Origin: Campylobacterales bacterium
GTDB taxonomy: Bacteria; Campylobacterota; Campylobacteria; Campylobacterales; QNZT01
Reading direction: 5' to 3'
DNA: 64,000 nucleotides
NCBI GenBank assembly: GCA_027023305.1
Contig: JALVVR010000048.1
Location: 150,907 to 214,906 of the forward strand
Positions 18,079-29,068 of the stretch are shown piece after piece. The notes under the pieces were generated by a model. That model was given only the letters and a program-made list of their open reading frames with translations, ran no database searches and was not told the DNA's origin. The position numbers and the translations under genes were made by a program. Numbering within the stretch: position 1 is the first letter of the stretch; each line of letters begins with the position of its first letter.

Positions 18079-20354
18079 GGCTCATCTATAAGTTTCAAAC
18101 TTTCACTACAAAGTTTTTGCCACATCTTACTCTTTATATCTGTTCCACACTTTGTAAAAAACTCTTTAGCTTGTTTTATCTTTTTAAGTTTTAAACTAGC
18201 TTCACCTGCCAAGTACAATAGTTCTCCTTTTTGTGAATCGCTTTTACTTTTATCAAGATAAGCATCAGCAAAATATTTCAATGCCTCATTATTCTTCCCT
18301 AATCTTACTAGTGATTGCACCAAAATAACATCTACCTGTACCGAGTAAGTATTTACTTTCAACTCTTTTTGTAAATTTAAAAGTTTTTTTGCATAGTAAA
18401 TTATTAGTAAATTACCAGATTTCTTTCCTATTAAATAATTTATAGTTTTATAATAAACATCTAAGTTTTTTGATTTCCTTGGAAAGAGTTTTTCTATCTT
18501 TTCAACAGAGTTAAAAATACTGTTTCTATCTTTTTTAGCATAGTAAATGTCAAATATATCATAATAAATATCACTATACTTACTATTGTCAACATCCTCT
18601 ATTTTTTTAAAATCTTTAAATAATTCTATCGCTTTATCATACTTTTCTAACTTAATAAAACTTTTTATAGCTAAATAATACCATTTAGCTATATTATCAC
18701 TATGTGATTTTAAAAATTTAGAAGTTAACACTGAACTCTCTTTATAAAAAGCTAACCCATAATAACAATAAGCTAATTTATACAACCTATCAAAATTTTT
18801 AATAATAACTTTATATCTATCTACTAAATTTACTGCTTTACTACAACTATCTTTATCTATATAACTCTTAAATAATTCATTTGCTGAAAAGTCAAGATAT
18901 TTTGTTTCATTTATATCTTTTAACTTTTTTTCTAACTTTAAGATATCTGCATATTTTTTCTTTTCTTTTAAAAGCTCAACTTTTTTAATCAAAGCTTTTT
19001 TATAAATCGGATCTTTTGAATACTTTTTCATGACACTATCTATATCAGCTATTTTTTTACTAAAATTTGATTCTTTTACATCTATAAGCACTTTTTGCAT
19101 TCTCTCATTAACAAAGTTAGCAAACTGCCCTTTTGGATACTCTTTTAAGTAAGCTTTATACTCTTTATAAGCATCATCTTTTTCTCCTGCTCTATCTTTC
19201 CAAAAAGCTAAATTTTTTAAAAACTCTTCACTTTTCATCTTTTTTTTCAATATCTCAGCTATCCTAACTGCATTTTTAAAATCTTTAAGAGATGCAAATC
19301 CTTTTGCTAACTTATAACTCTCTTTCTTATCTTTTAAAAAATATTTTTGATCTGAGTTTAGTATCTTATCTATATATATTTTTGCATCTATAATCTTTTT
19401 ATCTTTTAGTGAGTATTTTGTCAAAAGATATGCACTCTTTAATGCAATAGAGATATTTTTAGTATTATAAAGCTCATATTTGAGTATCTTGTAACTATCT
19501 GACCTTTTAGAATCAATATTATATAAAAATTTTGCCATCTCGATTTGTGAAAGTTCGCTATATTTATCATCTTTAAAACTATCATCTAATTTTTTAGCCA
19601 AATCTATAGCTTGTTTCTTCTTACCAATCTTAAATAATGCTTTTATCTTAATATACATAACTTTAGTAAAATCACTACTTGATGGATACTTTTTTAAAAA
19701 CTTATCGGAGATTTTAACTATATCACTATAGCTATACTTTTTATCTTTGGTTAGTAAAAGTTTGTCTAATGTCTCTAGTTTAAGTAAAAGTAGATCACTT
19801 TCAAAGTTGCTTCCTCTTTTAAGCTCTCTATCTATACTTCGTACAACAGAATAATAATCATTTTTTTTAACTAACTCTCTTATATAACTTAGTTTATTTG
19901 CATCCATTATTGTCATATCTGGTTTTAGATTTTCATCAAGTACCGAGATATAAAATTTATGAGGTTTATTAAGTTTTACATCAAAATTTAATCCTTTAAA
20001 ATCTTTTTTTCCAAAAGTCTCATCATCACCTTTAAAAAATATGATATCTTTATAGTAGATATTATTGTTTTTAAATGAGACTATCTTATATTGATTTTTT
20101 GTTTTAAAGTATATATTTTTAGAAGTATAGAAGGAAAATAAATCAAAACTTTTACTTTCATTTTTATCACTATTTACATCACAAGCTATGTTTTTTGACT
20201 GATCAAATCCAACAGCAGTATTACACTCTATTTTGTGACTATCTTTTAGATGGACTAAGTTATATGTCTTTCCTTCATACCTGAACTTAGTTATCTCTAA
20301 ACTAAAAGAATTTAAATATATTGATAATAATATTAAAAATACAAAATTTTTCAT
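18075..20354 (-). CDS. pflA: Paralysed-flagella protein PflA-like periplasmic TPR protein
   Basis: Signal peptide; N-terminal LVHLKD...C beta domain; TPR helices; C-terminal C-x8-WQKLC; about 760 aa. Confidence 0.72.
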   Translation of the reverse strand: MKNFVFLILLSIYLNSFSLEITKFRYEGKTYNLVHLKDSHKIECNTAVGFDQSKNIACDVNSDKNESKSFDLFSFYTSKNIYFKTKNQYKIVSFKNNNIYYKDIIFFKGDDETFGKKDFKGLNFDVKLNKPHKFYISVLDENLKPDMTIMDANKLSYIRELVKKNDYYSVVRSIDRELKRGSNFESDLLLLKLETLDKLLLTKDKKYSYSDIVKISDKFLKKYPSSSDFTKVMYIKIKALFKIGKKKQAIDLAKKLDDSFKDDKYSELSQIEMAKFLYNIDSKRSDSYKILKYELYNTKNISIALKSAYLLTKYSLKDKKIIDAKIYIDKILNSDQKYFLKDKKESYKLAKGFASLKDFKNAVRIAEILKKKMKSEEFLKNLAFWKDRAGEKDDAYKEYKAYLKEYPKGQFANFVNERMQKVLIDVKESNFSKKIADIDSVMKKYSKDPIYKKALIKKVELLKEKKKYADILKLEKKLKDINETKYLDFSANELFKSYIDKDSCSKAVNLVDRYKVIIKNFDRLYKLAYCYYGLAFYKESSVLTSKFLKSHSDNIAKWYYLAIKSFIKLEKYDKAIELFKDFKKIEDVDNSKYSDIYYDIFDIYYAKKDRNSIFNSVEKIEKLFPRKSKNLDVYYKTINYLIGKKSGNLLIIYYAKKLLNLQKELKVNTYSVQVDVILVQSLVRLGKNNEALKYFADAYLDKSKSDSQKGELLYLAGEASLKLKKIKQAKEFFTKCGTDIKSKMWQKLCSESLKLIDEP

Positions 20355-20381
20355 AGGGATATTATGACATAATATCCCTAT
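20353..20381. repeat. Perfect palindrome with 14-bp arms at the pflA start (terminator and/or promoter-operator)
   Basis: ATAGGGATATTATG-A-CATAATATCCCTAT. Confidence 0.8.
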
Positions 20382-20394
20382 CTATTTACTTTTA

Positions 20395-21582
20395 TTACGC
20401 TATTGTTTCTTTTAAAATATTGTTTAATATGGAAAATACTTCTTTAGAACTATCTTCCATATATGCAAATGTATTTTTCATTCTTTTATAATTAATCTCT
20501 TCATCATTTTCTTTTAGTAAATCAAAAATTTTCTGTGTAGTATCATGAACACCTGCATGATGATTATCTAATTTATGAAAACTTGGTGCATTTGAAAAGT
20601 ACTTTATACCATCTCCATCATTATACCATTTACCTAGTCTACAATTATTAGAATTTACAAACTTAAATGCAGGTTTTTTAACATATACAGATTTATATGT
20701 ATTTACCTTCCATATTACATGATCTATTTTAGCTAAGTTCATAAATACACTATCAGATAAATTTGATAATTCTGTTAATGATTTACTAGTTAAATGATGT
20801 AAATCATGAATCTCACTGTTATAATCATTTGTATTTAAATGTATAGTATTTATTGTGCCATCTATTTCTTTGAACTCACTATGTGTATTTTTTATACTTT
20901 CCTGGATAGATTTTACAGTTTTTTCTATATCTGTAGCTACATAAGCAGTTTTATTTGCTAGATTTTTAACTTCGCTTGCGACAACAGCAAATCCTTTTCC
21001 TGCATCTCCAGCACTTGCTGCTTCAACTGATGCATTTAGTGATAGGATATTTATCTGCATAACTACTTCATTAATTTGAGCTATAAATTTCTCTATATTT
21101 ACAGCTTTTTTTGATAAGTCATCTATAACTGAAGCTACGCTATGTGATTTAGAAAGTAACTTGTCCAAGTTTGTTACTATTGCTTCTATATCATTAAAAG
21201 CTTTTTTAAAGTTATTATCAACATCTGAAGATAGTTTTAAACTGTCTTTAGCTTTAGCTGTAGATTCAGCTATATTTGATTGAATATCAATTAATGAATA
21301 AGCAAGATTTTCATTTTCAAACCCATATAATTCTAAAAGGTCTTTATACTGTAATTTAAAATCATCAGTTTTTTTCTCTTTATTATTCTCTTTTTCTTCA
21401 CTTAACTTCCACTTCAAACTCTCAATCTCGTCATCTTTAAGCTTTATTTGCTCTTTATATTTATTAAGTTCATCTTCTAAGAGTTTAATTGTTGACTCTT
21501 TTTTAGCTAAGTTTTCTTCAAACTCTAAACTTTTATCTTCAACAACTTCATTATCAGTGCTTGATTTAAAAATTGATAACAT
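20395..21582 (-). CDS. Soluble methyl-accepting chemotaxis protein with C-terminal CZB zinc-binding domain (TlpD-like)
   Basis: No TM segments; LSLNASVEAASAGDAGKGFAVVASEVKNLA; CZB motifs DHVIWK, CRLGKWY and HAGVH. Confidence 0.92.
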   Translation of the reverse strand: MLSIFKSSTDNEVVEDKSLEFEENLAKKESTIKLLEDELNKYKEQIKLKDDEIESLKWKLSEEKENNKEKKTDDFKLQYKDLLELYGFENENLAYSLIDIQSNIAESTAKAKDSLKLSSDVDNNFKKAFNDIEAIVTNLDKLLSKSHSVASVIDDLSKKAVNIEKFIAQINEVVMQINILSLNASVEAASAGDAGKGFAVVASEVKNLANKTAYVATDIEKTVKSIQESIKNTHSEFKEIDGTINTIHLNTNDYNSEIHDLHHLTSKSLTELSNLSDSVFMNLAKIDHVIWKVNTYKSVYVKKPAFKFVNSNNCRLGKWYNDGDGIKYFSNAPSFHKLDNHHAGVHDTTQKIFDLLKENDEEINYKRMKNTFAYMEDSSKEVFSILNNILKETIA

Positions 21583-21611
21583 ATTTACCCCTATATTGTA
21601 TTTACAAAAGT

Positions 21612-21638
21612 AAATCGACAGTTCTTAAAATTATTTTA
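21612..21638 (-). promoter_or_regulatory. Sigma-28 (FliA) promoter of the chemoreceptor gene
   Basis: Minus strand TAAA-N15-GTCGATTT versus consensus TAAA-N15-GCCGATAA. Confidence 0.7.
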
Positions 21639-21675
21639 GTAATTTTGAAATAATTTGTAGATTTTAGGAGGTTTC

Positions 21676-23166
21676 CTAAAATCCACTCATTTTCACATAT
21701 TCAGTGATTATTTTTAGCATTGGATTAGCCATAAATATAGCGAACAATGTTCCAGCAGCTGCAACACCTAAAACAACTTTTAGTGAAGCAGAAGAGTTTT
21801 TAAGATAAATAGTTCCATCATTTGAGATTGGATCTTTTAAAAACATATAAACTACAAGTTTTAAGTAGTAGTAAACAGATATAGCACTATTTAATGCCAT
21901 AATAAGTGCTAAACCAACAAATCCTGCATCAACAGCAGCACTCATGATATATAATTTTCCCCAAAACAGAGAAAAAGGAGGAACTCCTGCAAGACTTAAC
22001 ATAAACATACCCATAATAACTGCATTTACAGGCATTATAGCAATCATACCAGAAAACTTTTCATAAGGATGATCAAATCTAGTTCCAGCCCAACCTTTTG
22101 ATTTATGACGAGAAACCCAAAGCATAGTAAATGCTCCAAGGTTTGTAAAAGTAAATAGTACCCAGTATAAAAACAGAGCAGAATTTGCTTGAGTTGTTCC
22201 TATAAGTATAGCACTCATAGCAAAACCAGCATGACTTATAGAACTATAAGCAAGCATTCTTTTAACACTTTGTTGAACAAGCGCCATTATATTTGTCAAA
22301 GTCATAGTTAATACTGCTACTAGATAAAGTACATCTTGTACCCAAACTACATTTGCATGAATCAAAAACTCAAACATTCTCATAGCAACTACAAATCCAG
22401 CTATTTTAGGAACAATTGACATATACCCAGCTAGTGCTGCACTAGCTCCTTCATAAACATCTGGTGTCCAAGTATGAAAAGGAACCATTGATAGTTTAAA
22501 TCCAAAAGCTGCTATCATAAAAACTACACCCGTAAGTACAAAAGGAAGTCCAGCAAATCCTTTACTTCCCACTACCTCTGCCATTTTGTGTATTTCTAAA
22601 CTTCCAGTTGCATAGTAAAACATAACTGCTGCAAACACATAAAGTCCAGAGGCTAAAGCACCCATTGTAAAATATTTTATAGCAGCTTCTATACTTCTGC
22701 TTCTGTTATGCATAGCAATCATAGTGTAAAGTGCTAAAGATGAAGTTTCAAGTCCTATAAATATCATAATCAGGTTATCACTACTTACCATAAACTCAAA
22801 ACCACCTATCATAAAAAGAAAAAGTGCAAAAAACTCTGGATATGCAAACTCATGAAATCTTTTAGTTGTAAGTGCTAGAAGTATAAATAGTGCTGAAGCT
22901 ATCAAAACTATTGCTTCCCCAAGCTTTGCTATACCGTCAATTAGTATAACATCAAAAAACCCCCTACTATCTCCACTATATCCAAAAACTGCACCTAAGC
23001 TTAAAAGTATAAAAAGCTCACTCATCATTACATAAAAGCTCTTATTCAACTTATCATTTGTCAAGTCTATTACTAAGATTACTAAACCACCTACAATAGC
23101 AAGTATCATAGGTACTAGTGAAACAAAGTTTAAGCTTCCCATATCTATGTTTATTGGCTGTATCAT
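21676..23166 (-). CDS. nuoN: NADH-quinone oxidoreductase subunit N
   Basis: [26 protein letters not shown] and [13 protein letters not shown]. Confidence 0.97.
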   Translation of the reverse strand: MIQPINIDMGSLNFVSLVPMILAIVGGLVILVIDLTNDKLNKSFYVMMSELFILLSLGAVFGYSGDSRGFFDVILIDGIAKLGEAIVLIASALFILLALTTKRFHEFAYPEFFALFLFMIGGFEFMVSSDNLIMIFIGLETSSLALYTMIAMHNRSRSIEAAIKYFTMGALASGLYVFAAVMFYYATGSLEIHKMAEVVGSKGFAGLPFVLTGVVFMIAAFGFKLSMVPFHTWTPDVYEGASAALAGYMSIVPKIAGFVVAMRMFEFLIHANVVWVQDVLYLVAVLTMTLTNIMALVQQSVKRMLAYSSISHAGFAMSAILIGTTQANSALFLYWVLFTFTNLGAFTMLWVSRHKSKGWAGTRFDHPYEKFSGMIAIMPVNAVIMGMFMLSLAGVPPFSLFWGKLYIMSAAVDAGFVGLALIMALNSAISVYYYLKLVVYMFLKDPISNDGTIYLKNSSASLKVVLGVAAAGTLFAIFMANPMLKIITEYVKMSGF

Positions 23167-24692
23167 TTTGTAGCCTCCCCTATAGTGTTTACTTTTTTAA
23201 GAAAATCTCTAGTCTCTTGAACTTGAGCTTTTTTATACATATTTACTATCATATTTTTTACGGTGCTATCCATAGGATGAAGTACTGGTTTTGGATAAAT
23301 ACCAAGATAAATAACTATTGCAACCAAAGGTATAAGTGCTGTTAACTCTTTTGCATCGAGGTCTTTTAGTTTTTCATTTGCCTTGTTTGTAAGAGGACCA
23401 AAAAATGATTTTTTATAAAGTGTTAGCATATAAACAGCACCAATAATAATACCAGTTCCAGCAAGTGCAGTCATCATTGGGGAAACTTTATAAAATCCCA
23501 TCAATGATAAAAACTCACCAACAAATCCAATAGTAAGTGGAAGTCCAACTGCAGCCATCATCATAATACCAAATATAGTTGCATAGTATGGCATAACAGA
23601 AGCCAGTCCTCCAAACTCACTCATAAGCTTAGTATGTCTTCTATCATATATAACCCCAACAAGCATAAACAGTGCACCACTAACAACACCATGACTTATC
23701 ATCAAAAACAAACTACCAGCTATACCCTCAGCATTCAGTGCAAAAGTACCAAGTACTATAACACCCATATGAGAAACTGAACTATATGCAATAACTTGCT
23801 TCATATCTTTTTGAGCATAAGCGACCATCGCAGTATAAATTATCATGATAATTGCAACAGTAGCTATCGGAGTTACAAAGTGAACACTCGCATCAGGAAA
23901 CATTGGAAGTGAAAATCTGACAAATCCATAAGTACCCATTTTTAGTAGTACTGCTGCTAGTATAACCGAACCAATAGTTGGTGCTTGTCCGTGAGCATAA
24001 GGTAACCAAGTATGAAATGGGAACATAGGAACTTTAATAGCAAAACCAACAAAAAATGCACCAAATAACCACAACTGAGTTTCAAATGGTATCTTCATAG
24101 CCTGCCATGCTGGGATTGAAAAACTCCAAACTCCATGAATTTCATGATAAAGATGAGCCATATATAAAATACCAACAAGCATTATCAAAGAACCTGCAAA
24201 TGTATATAAGAAAAATTTAACAGCTGCATAAACTCTTAGATTTCCTCCCCAAGCACCTATAATATATAACATAGGAACAAGTGAAAATTCCCAAAATACA
24301 TAAAATAGCATAACATCAAGAGCAGAGAAAACACCAACCATTGTCATCTCTAAAAATAGTAAAGTGATAATAAGATTTTTTAAATCTTTTGTAATACTAA
24401 GTCCTATTATCGCTATCATACTCATAAAAGTACTAAGTATTATAAGAAAAAGACTTATTCCATCTATTCCAATCGCATAATTTATACCAAACTCACTAAT
24501 AAGTGGTATATTTTGTACAAATTGAAAACCTGGATTTGAGGCATCATACCCTATCCAAAGTCCTAAAGAGAAAACAAACTCTACAGCAGTAACTGCTATA
24601 CCATAAGCTCTAATACCTTCTTTTTCTATCAAAAAACCCAATACAGCTGCAACTGCTGGGAAAAAAATCAAAAGTGTTAATATTGAATCCAT
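23163..24692 (-). CDS. nuoM: NADH-quinone oxidoreductase subunit M
   Basis: [21 protein letters not shown] and LLKMGTYG. Confidence 0.97.
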   Translation of the reverse strand: MDSILTLLIFFPAVAAVLGFLIEKEGIRAYGIAVTAVEFVFSLGLWIGYDASNPGFQFVQNIPLISEFGINYAIGIDGISLFLIILSTFMSMIAIIGLSITKDLKNLIITLLFLEMTMVGVFSALDVMLFYVFWEFSLVPMLYIIGAWGGNLRVYAAVKFFLYTFAGSLIMLVGILYMAHLYHEIHGVWSFSIPAWQAMKIPFETQLWLFGAFFVGFAIKVPMFPFHTWLPYAHGQAPTIGSVILAAVLLKMGTYGFVRFSLPMFPDASVHFVTPIATVAIIMIIYTAMVAYAQKDMKQVIAYSSVSHMGVIVLGTFALNAEGIAGSLFLMISHGVVSGALFMLVGVIYDRRHTKLMSEFGGLASVMPYYATIFGIMMMAAVGLPLTIGFVGEFLSLMGFYKVSPMMTALAGTGIIIGAVYMLTLYKKSFFGPLTNKANEKLKDLDAKELTALIPLVAIVIYLGIYPKPVLHPMDSTVKNMIVNMYKKAQVQETRDFLKKVNTIGEATK

Positions 24693-24703
24693 CCATTTTC
24701 TCC

Positions 24704-26590
24704 TTACATACCTGGTTTATAAAATACTACAAACATAAGTAGCACTACTAAACCAACTACCATCCATTTTAAGTTTTTAGATAAATTACCACTCTGCATA
24801 GCAGTTGATTTACCACCTAATTTATAGATAATAGCTGCTATACCATCAACTGAGGCATCTACTATCTTCATATCTATCTTTTCCCAAGCTATTTTAGAAA
24901 GTTCATAGTATGGTTTAGTAATAACTTTCTCATAAAACTGTGGAATATAATACTGATTAAGTAAAAGAGAGTGAATAGGAGTTCCCTCAAATAAATCTTT
25001 AAGCTTATTATTTCTAAATTTCAACACTGCAAATACTATACCACCAAGAGCTATTCCCAAAGTTACAACAAGTAAGAAAAGGAAAGTTCCTGTACTTACT
25101 TCTGGCTCGTATTCTGGTAAAAACTCTGTAACAAAATGAACAAAACTATGTTCAAAAAATCCAGCTATAGTAGCCAAGATTGCAAGTGGTGCCATAGCAG
25201 CAATCGCAAACCATTTTGCTTCATGAGGATGAGCACCTATCTCTTTATATCTAGGTTTTCCAGTAAACACTATCATGACAAGTCTAAAACTATAAAATGC
25301 AGTCATACCAGCACCTAACCATAACATTGCCCAAAGTACATAGTGATGTGAACTAAAAGCAGTCTCTAAAATCTTATCTTTTGAGAAGAATCCAGCAAAT
25401 GGATAAATACCAGCAAGTGCCAAAGATGCTACTGTCATGATAATCATAGTCCACTTCATCTCTTTTCCAAGTGCACCCATTTTTTTGATATTTAACTCAT
25501 CATGCATCGCATGCATAACATTACCTGCACCTAAAAATAAAACTGATTTAAAGAAAGCATGAGTCATCAAATGAAATAGTGCTATCCAATAAGCTCCAAG
25601 TCCTCCAGCAACAAACATATATCCAAGTTGTGAAAGAGTTGAGTAAGCGATTATTTTTTTCAAGTCATTGTTTACCAAAGCCATAGAAGCTGCAAATACT
25701 GCAACAAAAGCTCCTACCATAGCTATAATAAATCCAATCTCCGGAATAGTTTGATATATAGGAAAACTTCTAACAACTAGATAAACTCCAGCTGTTACCA
25801 TTGTAGCTGCATGAATCAAAGCAGAAACTGGAGTTGGACCCTCCATAGCATCAGCTAGCCAAGTATGTAGTGGAAATTGAGCCGATTTTCCCATAGCACC
25901 AATAAATAAAAATATACCAATAAGTACAACTGTTGAATGAGATAAACTACCAACATGAGCAAATACGACATCATAATCTAAACTTCCAAGATTCCAGTAA
26001 ATTAAAAAGATACCAATAAGCATACCAAGGTCTGCTATTCTGTTCATGATAAATGCTTCATTTGCTGCCCATGATGGAGATATAGCTGGGTAAACCTCTC
26101 TCGGTAAATCCTCTTTGTGATACCAAAATCCAATAAGCAACCAAGAACAAACACCAACACCTTCCCAACCTATAAAAAGTCCTAAGAAATTATCACTCAT
26201 AACAAGTATCATCATGGAGAAAACAAAAGCTGATAAATAACTAAAAAATCTGTTAAAACTCTTATCATGCTCCATATAGTAGTTTGAGTAAATATGAACT
26301 AAAGCAGAAACTGTTGTAACTGTTACCATCATGATAACAGAAGCCTGATCAACTACAAATCCAAAGTCAAGATGAAAGTTTCCTGCACTAATCCAGTTAA
26401 AAAGTTTTGATTTTACTATATGCTCACCATCTACATAAAAAAGCAATCTCATAGATGCAAACCAAGATAAAGCTAAAAGAGATGATGTTACTACTCCAAC
26501 AAAAAGTTTCTTAGGTGTTGTAGCAAACAAAGCTGCAAAAAGTGAACCAACTATTGGTGCAAAAAGTGCTATATATAAATATTTTTCCAT
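24704..26590 (-). CDS. nuoL: NADH-quinone oxidoreductase subunit L
   Basis: GKSAQFPLHTWLADAMEGPTPVSALIHAATMV. Confidence 0.98.
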   Translation of the reverse strand: MEKYLYIALFAPIVGSLFAALFATTPKKLFVGVVTSSLLALSWFASMRLLFYVDGEHIVKSKLFNWISAGNFHLDFGFVVDQASVIMMVTVTTVSALVHIYSNYYMEHDKSFNRFFSYLSAFVFSMMILVMSDNFLGLFIGWEGVGVCSWLLIGFWYHKEDLPREVYPAISPSWAANEAFIMNRIADLGMLIGIFLIYWNLGSLDYDVVFAHVGSLSHSTVVLIGIFLFIGAMGKSAQFPLHTWLADAMEGPTPVSALIHAATMVTAGVYLVVRSFPIYQTIPEIGFIIAMVGAFVAVFAASMALVNNDLKKIIAYSTLSQLGYMFVAGGLGAYWIALFHLMTHAFFKSVLFLGAGNVMHAMHDELNIKKMGALGKEMKWTMIIMTVASLALAGIYPFAGFFSKDKILETAFSSHHYVLWAMLWLGAGMTAFYSFRLVMIVFTGKPRYKEIGAHPHEAKWFAIAAMAPLAILATIAGFFEHSFVHFVTEFLPEYEPEVSTGTFLFLLVVTLGIALGGIVFAVLKFRNNKLKDLFEGTPIHSLLLNQYYIPQFYEKVITKPYYELSKIAWEKIDMKIVDASVDGIAAIIYKLGGKSTAMQSGNLSKNLKWMVVGLVVLLMFVVFYKPGM

Positions 26591-26592
26591 GC

Positions 26593-26895
26593 CTATCCTT
26601 TCATCTCTTGAAGTGAATCTAAATCAATAGTTCCATTTCTTTTATACCATAAAACTAAAAGTCCAAGTCCAACTGCAACTTCACTAGCTGCAACTGCTAT
26701 GATAAAAAATGAAAACATTTGACCTGTTAAATCGTGATAATACTTTGATATTGCAGCAAAAGCTATATTTACTGCATTTAGTAAAATCTCAGTTGAAAAA
26801 AACAGTAAAAGAAGATTTTTTCTTCTTATTACACCAATCAAACCTATTACAAACAGTATTGCTGCCAATACCAAATAATGAGTTAATGTTATCAT
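26593..26895 (-). CDS. nuoK: NADH-quinone oxidoreductase subunit K
   Basis: 100 aa, three TM helices, EILLN and AASEVAVGL. Confidence 0.96.
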   Translation of the reverse strand: MITLTHYLVLAAILFVIGLIGVIRRKNLLLLFFSTEILLNAVNIAFAAISKYYHDLTGQMFSFFIIAVAASEVAVGLGLLVLWYKRNGTIDLDSLQEMKG

Positions 26896-27476
26896 TTGTT
26901 ATCCTTTATATCAAACTCTTCAGCTTCTATTTTTTTCTCAGCATTTATATCAAGAGTTATACTTTCATCCATTTTTTTACCAACAAGTATAATACCAGCT
27001 ATCATAGCTACTAGTAACATTACAGCTGCTAATTCAAACTGAGCCAAATACTTTGTAAATAAAACTATACCAACTGCTTGAGGATTGTTTGTTCCAAAAA
27101 GAATATTTTGATTTAGTGGTGCATCAAGATTTAACAAACTCGGTACAAATGGAGCAGAGATTATACAAAGAAGTAAAATACCACTTGCCACCCAAAGGAT
27201 ATTTGTTATAAGTGGTGTATCAATACTCTCTTTAACATCTTTTGTTGTATCAAAAAACATCATTCCAAAAGCATATATCGCCATAACAGCACCTGTATAA
27301 ACTATGATTTGAACTACACCCAAAAAGTCTGCATCAAGCAGAAAGAAAAATCCAGATATAAGTATCATACCAGCTGCCAATGCACTCATCGCATAGAGTG
27401 CATTTTTACTCAATACCACGATAAGAAATAATCCTATCGTTAGAGCCGAAAATAAATAAAATGCTATTGCTTCCAT
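26892..27476 (-). CDS. nuoJ: NADH-quinone oxidoreductase subunit J
   Basis: QIIVYTGAV and FELAAVMLLVAMIAGI; ATG at 27476 has AAGGA 6 nt upstream. Confidence 0.95.
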   Translation of the reverse strand: MEAIAFYLFSALTIGLFLIVVLSKNALYAMSALAAGMILISGFFFLLDADFLGVVQIIVYTGAVMAIYAFGMMFFDTTKDVKESIDTPLITNILWVASGILLLCIISAPFVPSLLNLDAPLNQNILFGTNNPQAVGIVLFTKYLAQFELAAVMLLVAMIAGIILVGKKMDESITLDINAEKKIEAEEFDIKDNK

Positions 27477-27485
27477 ACTCAATCC

Positions 27486-28106
27486 TTAATATGCCAGAGG
27501 CGTTTTTTTGATGTTTTCATCTGCATTTGGACTAACACTACCAAATCCAGCAAATTCTTTTTGCTTACCAGCACGAAATTGATCCATAGGAGTTACAAGC
27601 TCAGCCATAGTTGTAAAGTGTGCTCTTTGCTCACTTACATGCTCATAATCTTGACCATGTGTAATAGCAAGTTCTGGACAAACTTCAGCACAATATCCAC
27701 AATAAATACATCTTCCAAGATTTATCGTATAACTATTAACTACTTTTCTACCCTTAGAACCATACTTTGTACCAATCTCTATACAATTTGCTATACAAAT
27801 CTTTTCACAAAGTCCACAACCTATACATCTTTGATTTCCACTCTCCATCAACCTTTTTATCTGATGCAAAGCTCTATATCTTGGACTAATAGGTAACTTT
27901 TCTAAAGGATATTGTATTGTATGGATATTAAATTTAAGCATTTCACGAAACACTATCCATAATCCTACAAAAAGTTCTCCACTTAGAGTTCTTTTCAGTA
28001 CTTGAGAAAACTTCTCTTTCCAACCAACAGGATTTGAACTTCCCTCAACATACATATAATCAACTGATATATCTCTGTTTTTATAATCTTTAAAATCTAT
28101 CATCAT
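27486..28106 (-). CDS. nuoI: NADH-quinone oxidoreductase subunit I
   Basis: CIGCGLCEKIC and CIYCGYCAEVCP 2x[4Fe-4S] motifs. Confidence 0.97.
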   Translation of the reverse strand: MMIDFKDYKNRDISVDYMYVEGSSNPVGWKEKFSQVLKRTLSGELFVGLWIVFREMLKFNIHTIQYPLEKLPISPRYRALHQIKRLMESGNQRCIGCGLCEKICIANCIEIGTKYGSKGRKVVNSYTINLGRCIYCGYCAEVCPELAITHGQDYEHVSEQRAHFTTMAELVTPMDQFRAGKQKEFAGFGSVSPNADENIKKTPLAY

Positions 28107-28113
28107 CCCTCTC

Positions 28114-29067
28114 CTATATAAGAACTATACCAGTTATAAGTATATTTACAACTGCTAACGGCATAAGCACTTTCCAACATAACCACATCAACTGATCTGG
28201 TCTAACATGAGGCCAAGCTGCTCTAACCCATAAAAATAAAAATATCAAAATAGCAACTTTTATGATGATAGCAAGTCCACCAGGAATAAACCACATATCA
28301 TTATATCCACCAAGAAAAACTAAAGCTGCAACAAAAGCAACTGTAAACATATTTGCATACTCACCTATTGCAAAAAGTCCCCATCTCATACCACTATATT
28401 CAGTAGCATAACCAGTAACAATCTCGGCTTCATGCTCTAGTAAGTCAAACGGTGTTCTGTTTGTCTCTGCATATCCAGCTATCAAGTATAAAACAAAAGC
28501 AACTGGTTGAGCAAAAACTATCCATCCATGAGTTGTTTGATAATTGTTTATATCTATCAAAGACAAACTTCCAACCATCATAAGAGGAGCTATAAGTGAA
28601 AGTCCTGTTACAACTTCAAAAGATAACATTTGAACTACTGTTCTTGCTGCACCCAAAATTGACCACTTATTATCAGATGCCATACCAGCAAGTAGTGGTG
28701 CATACATACCAACTGCCATAACACCAACAACAAATAATATCCCTATATTTACATCTGCAACTATAATACCAGGCAAAAATGGAACTGCACTCATAGCTAT
28801 AAAAGCAGTTGCTGCAGCTATAACAGGTGCTATTCTAAATATAGGTTTTATAGCATTTTGAGGAATTATATCCTCTTTTGTAAAAAGCTTTATACCATCA
28901 GCTGCAACTTGCAAAACTCCATAAGGACCAACATGCATAGGTCCTAGTCTTCTTTGCATAAATGCTAAAACCTTTCTTTCAAAATATGTTGTAATACCAG
29001 CAAGAGCTGAAAATACAGTAAGTATTACAACTACTTTTACCAGTGTCCACAATATGTATGAATCCAT
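28114..29067 (-). CDS. nuoH: NADH-quinone oxidoreductase subunit H
   Basis: ERKVLAFMQRRLGP, ADGIKLFTKED and AETNRTPFDL. Confidence 0.98.
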   Translation of the reverse strand: MDSYILWTLVKVVVILTVFSALAGITTYFERKVLAFMQRRLGPMHVGPYGVLQVAADGIKLFTKEDIIPQNAIKPIFRIAPVIAAATAFIAMSAVPFLPGIIVADVNIGILFVVGVMAVGMYAPLLAGMASDNKWSILGAARTVVQMLSFEVVTGLSLIAPLMMVGSLSLIDINNYQTTHGWIVFAQPVAFVLYLIAGYAETNRTPFDLLEHEAEIVTGYATEYSGMRWGLFAIGEYANMFTVAFVAALVFLGGYNDMWFIPGGLAIIIKVAILIFLFLWVRAAWPHVRPDQLMWLCWKVLMPLAVVNILITGIVLI

Positions 29068-29068
29068 C

